Positions 1 to 10,300 of a stretch of 32,000 nucleotides of DNA are shown piece by piece (the first letter of the stretch is position 1; each line of letters starts with the position of its first letter). The DNA lies in NCBI GenBank assembly GCA_045599485.1, contig JAZRWA010000040.1:1-32000 (forward strand). The letters run 5' to 3'. The position numbers and the translations under genes are program-made. The stretch is from Clostridia bacterium. Lineage in GTDB: Bacteria; Bacillota; Clostridia; Christensenellales; Aristaeellaceae. The notes beneath the pieces are model-generated. The model ran no database searches and was not told the DNA's origin. It saw nothing but the letters and a program-made list of their open reading frames with translations.

Positions 1-221
1 TGCTGTACGGCAGCGACGCCGCCATCAGCCGGGACTTTGTCTCCCACCCGGAACGGCACAGCGTGATCGAAAGAATACTGACCGAGGAAAGCGGCACCGA
101 AGCGCACTTTGTGGCCGAAACAGAGGGGCAGCACAAGGCACTCACGCATGACAAGCAGGATCGCGACGAGCAGGTGCTGATTGAGACCTTTGGCCGCGAC
201 AAGATCCAGATCGACGAGTGA
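1..221 (+). CDS. 3' end of a CDS entering from upstream of the window. 72 codons are visible in frame 3, with stop TGA at 219-221. The product cannot be assigned from this fragment.
   Basis: Frame is open from the window edge: ...SRDFVSHPERHSVIERILTEESGTEAHFVAETEG...VLIETFGRDKIQIDE*. Composition matches neighbouring genes. The tail is only faintly reminiscent of DnaX C-termini, from memory and not verifiable here. Confidence 0.45.
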   Translation, partial: LYGSDAAISRDFVSHPERHSVIERILTEESGTEAHFVAETEGQHKALTHDKQDRDEQVLIETFGRDKIQIDE

Positions 222-242
222 CGGGTGAACGAAAAAATTTCA

Positions 243-462
243 GGGGGGAGAGGTACGCTTTTCGATGCCGAAAAGCATGCCTCTCCCCCTGACCCCTTCT
301 CTGAGAAAAGGCAGTCAAATACAAACAGCAAAACACCCTTGCAATGATGAAAGTTCATTATCATCAAAGTAAGGGTGTTTGATATGAATGAAAAACAGCC
401 CTTTCTCGGGAGGGGTTAAAGGGGGACCCATGCTTTCCGGCTGCGGAAAGCGTGGGTCCCCC
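243..462. repeat. Composite nested-palindrome intergenic repeat, copy 1 (full length)
   Basis: Left hairpin 244-289: gggggagagg / cctctccccc with inner stem gcttttcg / cgaaaagc. Arm module 290-315. Central hairpin 334-377: cacccttgc..tgatga / tcatca..gtaagggtg. Mirrored arm module 395-420. Right hairpin 421-462: gggggaccca / tgggtccccc with inner stem gctttccg / cggaaagc. It aligns by eye with 21780-21998 and 23974-24152. Confidence 0.85.
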
Positions 463-470
463 TTGAATGC

Positions 471-2945
471 TTATTCGTTCATGGTCTCCGCAGCCTCGTC
501 GGGCTCTTCGGTCTGCTCCTCTTCCTTGTAGGCGCAGGTCACGGCCACCACGCGGCTGCCCTCGGCAACACGCATCATGCGCACGCCCTGGGTCGCACGG
601 CCGCAGGCACGGATGGTATCTGCCGCCATGCGGATGATGGTACCGTCATTGGTGATGAGAATGATGTCCTCATCCTCCCGCACCATCAGCTGTGCCGCCA
701 GCGGGCCGGTCTTATCGGTCAGATTCATGGCCGTCACACCCTGGCCGCCGCGTCCCTGCTCACGGAACTCCTCGGGGTCGGTGCGCTTGCCAAAGCCGTT
801 TTCACTGATGGCCAGCACCAGACGTTCGGGCTCCACCACGCACATGGAGACCACACGGTCCTCCTCGCTGCGCAGCTTCATGGAGCGCACGCCCATGCTG
901 CTGCGGCCCATGGAACGTATGTTCTTTTCGCTGAAGCGAATGGCACGGCCCATGCGGCTGCCCATCAGCAGCTCATCCTCACCGCTTGTCAGCTGCACGC
1001 TGACCAGCTCGTCATCATCACGCAGCACAATGGCGATCAGGCCGCTTCTGCGCAGGTGGGCAAACTCCTCCAGCGGGGTCTTTTTGATCAGGCCCTGCTT
1101 GGTGGCCATCATCAGATAGCGTCCCTCCACGCTTTCGGGCATGGCGATCATGTTGGTGATCTTTTCGCCCGACTGCAGGGGCAGCAGATTGATGATGGCT
1201 GTGCCGCGGGAAGTGCGTCCCGCCTCGGGGATCTGGTAGCACTTGATCATGTAGCAGCGGCCCAGATTGGAGAAGAACAGCACATCGCTGTGGCTGTGCA
1301 GGATGGCGATCTTTTCGGCATAGTCCTCTTCGCGCAGATTCTGACCCATCACGCCCTTGCCGCCGCGTCCCTGCGCGCGGTAGGTGGATTTGGACAGACG
1401 CTTGACATAACCGAAGTGCGTCAGGGTCACGACCATGTCGTCACGGGCGATCAGGTCGGCCACGTCGATCTCGCCTTCGACACTGCTGATCTCGGTACGG
1501 CGTTCATCACCGAACTTTTCACGCAGCGCGATCAGCTCGTCCTTGATGACGTTCATCAGCAGCGTTTCATCCGCCAGAATAGCCGTCAGACGGGCAATGG
1601 TATTCTGCAGTTCGTCGTATTCGGCCTGCAGCTTGTCGGATTCCAGATTGGTCAGGCGGGCCAGACGCATGTCCAGAATGGCCTGCGCCTGCTTGTCGCT
1701 GAAGGCAAAGCGCGCCATCAACTCATTTCTCGCCTCGGCGGTATCACGGCTGGAGCGGATGATGTGCACGATCTCATCAATGTTGCTGAGCGCCTTGAGC
1801 AAGCCCTCCAAGATGTGCGCACGGGCACGGCTCTTTTCCAGGTCATAACGGGTACGGCGGGTGACAACATCCTTCTGATGCTGCACATACCAGTACAGCA
1901 TCTCCTTGAGGGACAGCACCTTGGGCTGGCGGTCCACCAGTGCCAGCATGATGGCACCGAAGGTATCCTGCATCTGGGTGTGCTTGTAGAGATAATTGAG
2001 CACCACATTGGGCTGTACATCACGCTTGAGCTCAATGACGATGCGCATGCCGGTACGGTCGGATTCGTCGCGGATATCGCTGATGCCCTCGAGGCGCTTT
2101 TCGTGCACCAGCTCGGCAATTTTGGCCACCAGAGCGGATTTGCACACGCCGTAGGGAATCTCGCTGACCACGATGCGGCTGCGGTTGCCGTTCATCTCTT
2201 CAATTTCGGTCTTGGCGCGCACGGTGATGTGGCCGCGGCCGGTATGATAGGCCTCCCGGATGCCGCTGCGGCCCAGGATGATGCCGCCGGTGGGGAAATC
2301 AGGACCCTTGATGTGCTCCATCAGGTCATCCAGCGTGGCATCGGGATTGTCGATCAGGCAGATGACGGCATTGATGGTCTCGGTCAGGTTGTGGGGCGGA
2401 ATGATGGTGGCCATGCCCACCGCGATGCCCGATGAACCGTTGACCAGCAGGTTGGGGAAGCGGGCGGGCAGCACCACGGGCTGCATCAGGGTGTTATCAA
2501 AGTTGGGCATGAAATCGACGGTATCCTTGTCGATCTCCTGCAGCATGGCGGTGGCCAGCTTGGTCATGCGCGCTTCGGTATAACGCATGGCAGCGGCGCC
2601 GAAGCCGTCGATGGAGCCGAAGTTGCCCTGACCGTCGACCAGTGTATAACGCATGTTGAAGGGCTGCGCCAGACGCACCAGCGCGTCGTACACGCTGGCA
2701 TCGCCGTGGGGATGATATTTACCCAGCACATCGCCCACCACACGCGCGCTCTTGCGGTAGGGCTTATCGGGCGTCATATCCAGTTCGTTCATGTCAAACA
2801 GGATACGGCGGTGTACGGGCTTCAAGCCATCGCGCACATCGGGCAGTGCGCGGTTAATGATAACGGCCATGGAATAGGCGATGAAGGATTCCTGCATCTC
2901 CTTTTCCAGATTGACCGGAATAAGGCGTTCCTGAATTTCGCTCAT
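471..2945 (-). CDS. gyrA: DNA gyrase subunit A
   Basis: 824 aa ORF with RBS gaaaggaaa upstream. Canonical GyrA N-terminus, QRDR motif [16 protein letters not shown], catalytic-Tyr region [10 protein letters not shown], and C-terminal beta-pinwheel repeats. Stop is TAA. Confidence 0.97.
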   Translation of the reverse strand: MSEIQERLIPVNLEKEMQESFIAYSMAVIINRALPDVRDGLKPVHRRILFDMNELDMTPDKPYRKSARVVGDVLGKYHPHGDASVYDALVRLAQPFNMRYTLVDGQGNFGSIDGFGAAAMRYTEARMTKLATAMLQEIDKDTVDFMPNFDNTLMQPVVLPARFPNLLVNGSSGIAVGMATIIPPHNLTETINAVICLIDNPDATLDDLMEHIKGPDFPTGGIILGRSGIREAYHTGRGHITVRAKTEIEEMNGNRSRIVVSEIPYGVCKSALVAKIAELVHEKRLEGISDIRDESDRTGMRIVIELKRDVQPNVVLNYLYKHTQMQDTFGAIMLALVDRQPKVLSLKEMLYWYVQHQKDVVTRRTRYDLEKSRARAHILEGLLKALSNIDEIVHIIRSSRDTAEARNELMARFAFSDKQAQAILDMRLARLTNLESDKLQAEYDELQNTIARLTAILADETLLMNVIKDELIALREKFGDERRTEISSVEGEIDVADLIARDDMVVTLTHFGYVKRLSKSTYRAQGRGGKGVMGQNLREEDYAEKIAILHSHSDVLFFSNLGRCYMIKCYQIPEAGRTSRGTAIINLLPLQSGEKITNMIAMPESVEGRYLMMATKQGLIKKTPLEEFAHLRRSGLIAIVLRDDDELVSVQLTSGEDELLMGSRMGRAIRFSEKNIRSMGRSSMGVRSMKLRSEEDRVVSMCVVEPERLVLAISENGFGKRTDPEEFREQGRGGQGVTAMNLTDKTGPLAAQLMVREDEDIILITNDGTIIRMAADTIRACGRATQGVRMMRVAEGSRVVAVTCAYKEEEQTEEPDEAAETMNE

Positions 2946-2963
2946 GAAATTTCCTTTCTGCGC

Positions 2964-5042
<2,079 letters not shown>

Positions 5043-5060
5043 TTATTTATATGTTGTTTC

Positions 5061-5125
5061 AAAAAAATGCTTTTGCCCCCGTGCAGGGCAAAAAAAGAAG
5101 GGCCTTCCGTGTATCGGAAAGCCCC
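5061..5125 (-). terminator. Tandem intrinsic terminators downstream of degV
   Basis: Hairpin 5100-5125 (ggggctttcc..ggaaggccc on the minus strand) is followed by ttcttttttt. A second hairpin at 5073-5091 (ttgccc..gggcaa) is followed by aagcattttttt. Confidence 0.6.
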
Positions 5126-5140
5126 GCTTGTAAAGAGGAA

Positions 5141-5998
5141 TTATCGTGCTTTGCCCACAAAGAAGAGCGCCAGGGTGCCGGGGCCGGAATGCGCCCCGAT
5201 GACCGAGCCGACGGAGGTGACAATCTCCACCTGCGCGCCACATTTTTGTTCAATGGCGTGCTTGAGCGTTTCCACATCCTTCATGCAGTCACCGTTGGAA
5301 ATGTACACACGGCCGCCCTCCCAGGTATCCGCCATGTGCTGCGCCAGCGCCTGCACGGAGGATTTGCGTCCGCGCACCTGACCGACCTTGATGAGGTTGC
5401 CCTCGTTATCCACATGCAGCACGGGCTTGATATCCAGCATGCCGCCGATCAGCGCCACCGCCGCGCTGACACGGCCGCCGCGCTTCAGATAGACCAGATC
5501 ATCCACCGTGAACCAGTGGCAGATCCTGCCGCGGTTCTTTTCGACATAATCGGCAATTTCATCAATGCTCTTGCCCTCATCGCGCAGGTCCTTGACAAAG
5601 CTCAGGAGCAATCCGTAGCCGGCGGAGGCGCACAGGGAATCCAGCACCGCCACCTTGCGTTCGGGGTACTTTTCCTGCAGCTCACGGCCGATCATCAAAC
5701 CGGACTGAAAGGTGGTGCTCAGCGCGCTGTCGAAGGCCAGATAGCAGACATCATGTCCCTCGCTGAGGGCCTTTTCAAAAGCGGAACGCACCTGATCGGG
5801 GTTGACCGCGGCGGTCTTGGCCACGCGGCCGCTGCGCATCTGATCGTAAAACTCCTTGACAGAGCAATCCTTTTCGGTATGCACCACCGAGTCATCGGTG
5901 AACATATAGGTCAGGTCAAAGCATTCCACCTGCCATTCCTTGAGCATTTCAGGGGCGATATCGCAGGCGGAATCGGCAAACAATACAAAATCAGCCAT
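5141..5998 (-). CDS. DegV family fatty-acid-binding protein
   Basis: 285 aa with typical DegV organisation: N-terminal FADSACDI, ...GRVAKTAAVNP..., ...GSVIGAHSGPGTLALFF. The start lies 14 nt after the upstream AEC stop, so an operon is likely. Confidence 0.85.
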   Translation of the reverse strand: MADFVLFADSACDIAPEMLKEWQVECFDLTYMFTDDSVVHTEKDCSVKEFYDQMRSGRVAKTAAVNPDQVRSAFEKALSEGHDVCYLAFDSALSTTFQSGLMIGRELQEKYPERKVAVLDSLCASAGYGLLLSFVKDLRDEGKSIDEIADYVEKNRGRICHWFTVDDLVYLKRGGRVSAAVALIGGMLDIKPVLHVDNEGNLIKVGQVRGRKSSVQALAQHMADTWEGGRVYISNGDCMKDVETLKHAIEQKCGAQVEIVTSVGSVIGAHSGPGTLALFFVGKAR

Positions 5999-6012
5999 AA
6001 TTCAATCCTTTC

Positions 6013-6921
6013 TTAAACCTTCAGCAGCAGGCTCCAAACAAAGATGGCGGGAATGGAGCACAGGGTGGAGAAGATGACCATCTTGGTGGCAAACTCGGGG
6101 TCACGCTCATACTTGGCCGCCAGCATGGTGGTAGTGGCACCGGCGGGCATGGCCGCCAGAATGACGCAGATGCCGGTCGCCAAGGGGCTTACGGCAAGCA
6201 CCTTGCACACCGCCCATACCAACGCGGGAGCCACCACCAGGCGGTGCAGCGTAAACCACAGGATGGTTTTATCCACCAGATGTTTGAGATCAATCTGAGA
6301 CAGCACAAAGCCAATGACCAGCATGGAAAGCGGCGTGGTGCAGCCGCCGATGGAGGAGATGGGCGTCATCAGCAGCGTGGGGATCGATACGCCGCCGATC
6401 ATGCAGACGATGCCCAGCATGCAGGCAATGACGCAGGGATGGGTGACGACCTTGACGATCGATTTTTTGACGTCATTGACGCCCGAATACAGCGCCAGGC
6501 CCTCGGACCACATCATGATGCGCATGGGGATCAGATAAATGCTGGCCAGCATCAGACCGGTAGCACCAAACAGGCTTTCGGCAATGGCGTTGCCCAGAAA
6601 GCCCGCGTTGGAGCAGATCATGCCGTAGGCAAGGTTGACGCGGTGCTCCGGCCCCTGTTTGGGAAAGGCCAGCTTGCCGTACACCACCGCCAGCACCTGC
6701 ACACCAATCGAAACGAGCAGCACCATCACGCAATCCGCCGCCAGGCTGGACATATCCTTGCCGATAAAAGACTTGAAGATCTGGCAGGGCAAAACCACAT
6801 ACAGCACCAGATTGGTCATATCCTTCATGGCTTTTTCGGAAAGGATCTTCCACTTGCGAAGGATAAAACCCAGGGCGATCATGACAAAAAGGCTGAATTC
6901 CAGCGGCAAAAGCTTATCCAT
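6013..6921 (-). CDS. AEC (auxin efflux carrier) family permease
   Basis: 302 aa polytopic membrane protein with about 10 hydrophobic segments. N-terminal pattern LGFILRK...LSEKAMKDMTNLVLYVVLPCQIFKSF is typical of the AEC/MleP family. Confidence 0.75.
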   Translation of the reverse strand: MDKLLPLEFSLFVMIALGFILRKWKILSEKAMKDMTNLVLYVVLPCQIFKSFIGKDMSSLAADCVMVLLVSIGVQVLAVVYGKLAFPKQGPEHRVNLAYGMICSNAGFLGNAIAESLFGATGLMLASIYLIPMRIMMWSEGLALYSGVNDVKKSIVKVVTHPCVIACMLGIVCMIGGVSIPTLLMTPISSIGGCTTPLSMLVIGFVLSQIDLKHLVDKTILWFTLHRLVVAPALVWAVCKVLAVSPLATGICVILAAMPAGATTTMLAAKYERDPEFATKMVIFSTLCSIPAIFVWSLLLKV

Positions 6922-6968
6922 GATTCTCTCTTCTTTCCGGGTGAAAGCGGCACTTTCTCCCCATATAT

Positions 6969-6997
6969 ATCATAACACAATTCTTATCAAATAACAA
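6969..6997 (-). promoter_or_regulatory. Candidate promoter of the AEC-degV operon
   Basis: Minus strand reads TTGTTA-17 nt-TATGAT with TGt extended -10: ttgttatttgataagaattgtgttatgat. Confidence 0.5.
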
Positions 6998-7056
6998 GAA
7001 ACCGCCCTTCCGCGGCATTGTATTTGCTTTGTCCTTTCGGGGCTGCCAAAAAATGA

Positions 7057-7085
7057 TTGACGAACGCCCCAAAGTGTGTTATATT
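7057..7085 (+). promoter_or_regulatory. Promoter of the tRNA-Thr/tRNA-Pro pair
   Basis: TTGACG (7057-7062), 17 nt spacer, TATATT (7080-7085), located about 40 nt upstream of tRNA-Thr. Confidence 0.6.
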
Positions 7086-7125
7086 AAGCAATGCTGATAA
7101 CGGTTTTACCGTTTCGGCAGGGAAT

Positions 7126-7201
7126 GCCAATATAGCTCAGTTGGTAGAGCGGCTGATTCGTAATCATCAGGTCAAGGGTTCGAGTCCCTTTATTGGCTCC
7201 A
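7126..7201 (+). tRNA. tRNA-Thr (anticodon CGU), CCA encoded
   Basis: Hand-folded cloverleaf. Acceptor gccaata/tattggc, D arm gctc-agttggta-gagc, anticodon loop ttCGTaa, T arm aaggg-ttcgagt-ccctt. Closely resembles the E. coli tRNA-Thr(CGU) sequence. Confidence 0.9.
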
Positions 7202-7202
7202 C

Positions 7203-7279
7203 CGGGGTGTAGCGCAGCTTGGTAGCGCGTTTGGTTCGGGACCAAAAGGTCGCGGGTTCAAATCCCGCCACTCCGACCA
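7203..7279 (+). tRNA. tRNA-Pro (anticodon CGG), CCA encoded
   Basis: Acceptor cggggtg/cactccg, D arm gcgc-agcttggta-gcgc, anticodon stem tttgg/ccaaa with loop ttCGGga, T arm gcggg-ttcaaat-cccgc. It starts 1 nt after tRNA-Thr. Confidence 0.9.
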
Positions 7280-7282
7280 TTG

Positions 7283-7315
7283 AAACTCTTGAATCATCAA
7301 GAGTTTTTTTATTTT
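7283..7315 (+). terminator. Intrinsic terminator of the tRNA operon
   Basis: Stem aaactcttga / tcaagagttt with loop atca, followed by tttttttatttt. Confidence 0.8.
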
Positions 7316-7339
7316 CCATCGTCACCGTCCAATACAGAA

Positions 7340-7381
7340 GGGACCGCAAAAGAACACTGCACAGCATTCTTTTGCGATCCC
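7340..7381. terminator. Hairpin between the tRNA operon and the convergent small gene; probable terminator
   Basis: gggaccgcaaaagaa / ttcttttgcgatccc, a 15 bp stem with 1 mismatch, abutting the stop codon at 7382-7384. Confidence 0.5.
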
Positions 7382-7639
7382 TTATTCATTCCACCGGGGG
7401 CCATCGTGAAAATCGTGACGGCAGGCGTAGAAAAAAACCACGCACCACGACAGAACGATGGGGTACCCGATCAGGCAGAATTGTCCATCCTGAGTCATCC
7501 GCAGCCGGACACCGACAAACTGCCACACCGCCCAGCCGAGCAGCCCGGCAAGTATTCCGAAAAACAGGAACGCCGCCCGATATTTGGTCCCGGCAGTCCA
7601 GTGTTGTCTTTCCAGACAGGTCCACAGTTTTTTCATCAT
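7382..7639 (-). CDS. Small hypothetical membrane protein (85 aa, two predicted TM segments)
   Basis: ORF 7382-7693. Preferred start is the ATGATG at 7639, preceded by ggagggg. Hydrophobic stretches are AAFLFFGILAGLLGWAVWQFVGV and LIGYPIVLSWCVVFFYA. I recognise no family. Confidence 0.45.
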   Translation of the reverse strand: MMKKLWTCLERQHWTAGTKYRAAFLFFGILAGLLGWAVWQFVGVRLRMTQDGQFCLIGYPIVLSWCVVFFYACRHDFHDGPRWNE

Positions 7640-7708
7640 CTGTTTTTCCCCTCCGGAAAAAATATCGGCGTTTTTTGTAAAAAACAAAATCACCTCTCCG
7701 TAAGATTT

Positions 7709-7780
7709 CTGTAAAACACAGAAATTTTACCATTGCTTTACAAATACAACCTCTGTTGTTTTACAGTCATGCCTTATCCT
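7709..7780 (+). promoter_or_regulatory. Candidate Pho-box-like direct repeats and -10 element upstream of the Na/Pi cotransporter
   Basis: TTTACC (7726-7731), TTTACA (7737-7742) and TTTACA (7760-7765) are phased at 11 and 23 bp. An inverted copy tgtaaaaca lies at 7710-7718. A possible -10, TATCCT, lies at 7775-7780 with no good -35. This resembles the Bacillus PhoP TT(A/T/C)ACA repeats. Confidence 0.35.
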
Positions 7781-7817
7781 ACCGTACGGCATCAAAAAAC
7801 AAGTGAGGTGATACACC

Positions 7818-9593
7818 ATGGATCTGTTTGGCATACTGACTATGATCGGAGGGCTCGCCCTGTTTCTGTACGGGATGAATGTCATGGGAGACGGGCTGGT
7901 CATGCTCTCCGGCGGCAGACTGGAGCAAATACTTGAAAAACTGACAAAAAATCGAATCACTGCGCTGCTTCTGGGGGCGATGGTGACCGCGGTCATACAA
8001 TCCTCTTCCGCCACCACCGTGATGGTCGTAGGCTTTGTCAACTCGGGCATCATGAAACTGACACAGGCCGTTGGCATCATCATGGGTGCCAACATCGGCA
8101 CCACGATCACCTCCTGGATCCTGTCCCTGACGGGGATCAGCAGCGGAAACATGTGGGTCCGGCTGCTCAAGCCCAGCTCCTTCTCCCCCATTCTGGCAGC
8201 CATCGGCATCGTTTGCATGATGACCGGCAAGGATGGTTCCCGTAAAAAGACGATCGGCAGCATCCTGTCGGGCTTCGCGGTGCTGATGTTCGGAATGGAA
8301 ACAATGAGCGGCTCGGTCGCTCCTCTGAAAGACAGTTCCGCCTTTACGGGAATGCTGACCGCCTTTTCGCACCCCGTATTGGGAATGGCGGCAGGTGCCT
8401 TGCTGACGGCGGTGATACAAAGCTCCTCCGCGTCTGTCGGCATTTTACAGGCGCTGTGTCTGTCCGGCGCCGTCACCTATGGCACCGCCATCCCCATCAT
8501 CATGGGACAAAACATCGGCACCTGCGTAACAGCGCTGATCTCTGCTGTAGGGGGCGGACAAAACGCCAAGAGAGCGGCCTTCATTCACCTGTATTTCAAT
8601 CTGATCGGCACGATCCTGTTTATGGCTGTATTCTATCTGCTTCACCATTTTGTCTCTTTTACCTTCTTATCCGACATCGCCGGCGCGGCGAGCATTGCCC
8701 TGATCCACAGTTTGTTCAATCTGGGGTGCGCGGCGCTATTGTTTCCCTTTGCAGATCAGCTGGTGGCGCTTGCAAAGCTGACCGTCGGACATTCAAAAAC
8801 AGCTGTCCCCACCTTAACGCTGCCCGGGGAGCTGTCCGCCTTGGACGAACGCTTTCTGGACACTCCCTCCTTTGCCATTCAGCTTTGCAAAAACGCCGTA
8901 ACGAAAATGGCGGAGCATTCGCAAAAATCGATTCTTCTTGCCCTGGAGCTGCAAAGCGAATATGATGGTAAGAAAGCTGCTGAAATCATTTCGCTATAGC
9001 AGCTGGTCGATCAATTTGAGGACGCCGTCGGCACCTATCTTGTCAAGCTTGCGGGGCGCGATCTGAACACAGAGGACAGCCACATGCTGTCCGTGCTGCT
9101 CCACAGCATCAGTGATTTTGAAAGGATCTCGGACCACGCCGTCAACATTACCGAAGCCGTGGAAAAAATGCAGAAACAGGCCTTGTCGTTTACAGACAGC
9201 GGAAAACAGGAATTGGACGCGCTGGGCATTGCCATCCGTGATATAATGACATTAACGCGGGATGTGTTCACCTCCGGCAACACCGATGCCGCCGCCCATG
9301 TGGAACCGCTGGAAGAAGTGATCGATGATCTTGTGATGGAAATAAAACAGCGGCACATCCAGCGGCTGAGGAACGGCAGCTGTACCATGGAAACGGGACT
9401 GCTTCTGGAGGATATCATGACCAACTGTGAAAGGGTATCCGACCATTGCTCCAACATCGCCGCGGCACTGATCGAAATACAGGCCGATGAGCTTTCCATG
9501 CACCAGTACATCGATGTAACGGTCAAGGGCAGCGACCCCCATTTTCGGGAGGAGTACCTGCGTCTGAAGAACATTTACATTCTGCCTTCGTGA
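7818..9593 (+). pseudogene. Na+/phosphate cotransporter family protein (NptA-like) with a C-terminal PhoU-like domain. A single in-frame TAG at 8997-8999 interrupts it, so it is either a pseudogene or recoded/read through.
   Basis: ORFs 7818-8999 and 9084-9593 are in the same frame (offset 1266 = 3 x 422), and 9000-9083 has no stop. Duplicated Na/Pi motifs VIQSSSATT and VIQSSSASV are present. The PhoU-like helices (DAVGTYLVKL..., ISDFERISDHAVNI, CERVSDHCSNI) continue straight through the TAG. Confidence 0.85.
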
Positions 9594-9607
9594 GGAAAGG
9601 GATACAC

Positions 9608-10300
9608 ATGGCTCTGATCTATCTTGTGGAGGACGACCCCGGCATACGGGAAATTGAAACGATTGCCCTGAAAAACAGCAATTACATGGTGCAGGCGTTT
9701 GATCATGCGGCCTCCTTTTATGAAAAACTGGACAAAATCCTCCCCGACCTTATTCTGCTGGACGTCATGCTACCGGACGAGGACGGCTACCGAATCATCC
9801 GTCGCCTGCGAAGCAATCCCCGAACGAGACGGATCCCTGTGATCATGATCACCGCAAAGACATCTGAGATGGATATGGTGAAAGGCCTGGATGACGGTGC
9901 CGACGATTATATCCGCAAGCCTTTTTCCATACTGGAACTGCTCTCCAGGGTGCGTGCACTGCTGCGGCGATCCCGTGAGGAAGAAGCACCCGCACAGCTG
10001 CTGGTGGGCGGCATTCTGCTGGACCATGAGCGGCACACCGTCCTCTCCGACAGCAAAAACATCACACTCACCTTAAAAGAATATGAACTGCTCCGTTACC
10101 TGATGATCAATGAGAATGTTGTTCTGAGCAGGGAATCCATCATGCGAGCCGTCTGGGGAACGGAATTTGAAGGTGAAAGCCGCACCGTGGATATGCACAT
10201 CAAAACCCTGCGGCAGAAGCTGGGTGAAAACGGAAGGCAGATCTATACCATCCGGGGCGTGGGCTATTCCATCCGCAAAGAATGTGGTGAAGAGGCATGA
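9608..10300 (+). CDS. OmpR/PhoB-family response regulator
   Basis: 230 aa from the ATG at 9608 (RBS gaggaaaggg). Receiver domain (LVEDDP..., LILLDVMLPDEDG, ITAKT, KPF) plus winged-helix domain (LTLKEYELLRYL, VDMHIKTLRQKL, TIRGVGYSI). Its stop overlaps the kinase start (ATGA). Confidence 0.9.
   Translation: MALIYLVEDDPGIREIETIALKNSNYMVQAFDHAASFYEKLDKILPDLILLDVMLPDEDGYRIIRRLRSNPRTRRIPVIMITAKTSEMDMVKGLDDGADDYIRKPFSILELLSRVRALLRRSREEEAPAQLLVGGILLDHERHTVLSDSKNITLTLKEYELLRYLMINENVVLSRESIMRAVWGTEFEGESRTVDMHIKTLRQKLGENGRQIYTIRGVGYSIRKECGEEA

Noticed and set aside
142-336. A 64-aa minus-strand ORF in the first intergenic region.
   Set aside because: It lies across the palindromic repeat hairpins, its product is Arg/Ser-rich, and it has no RBS. 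The sequence is better explained as structured non-coding repeat.
7167-7733. Several 66-153 aa ORFs overlapping the tRNA genes and the small membrane-protein gene.
   Set aside because: They overlap bona fide tRNAs or terminators, or are antisense to a better-supported ORF. None has translation signals.
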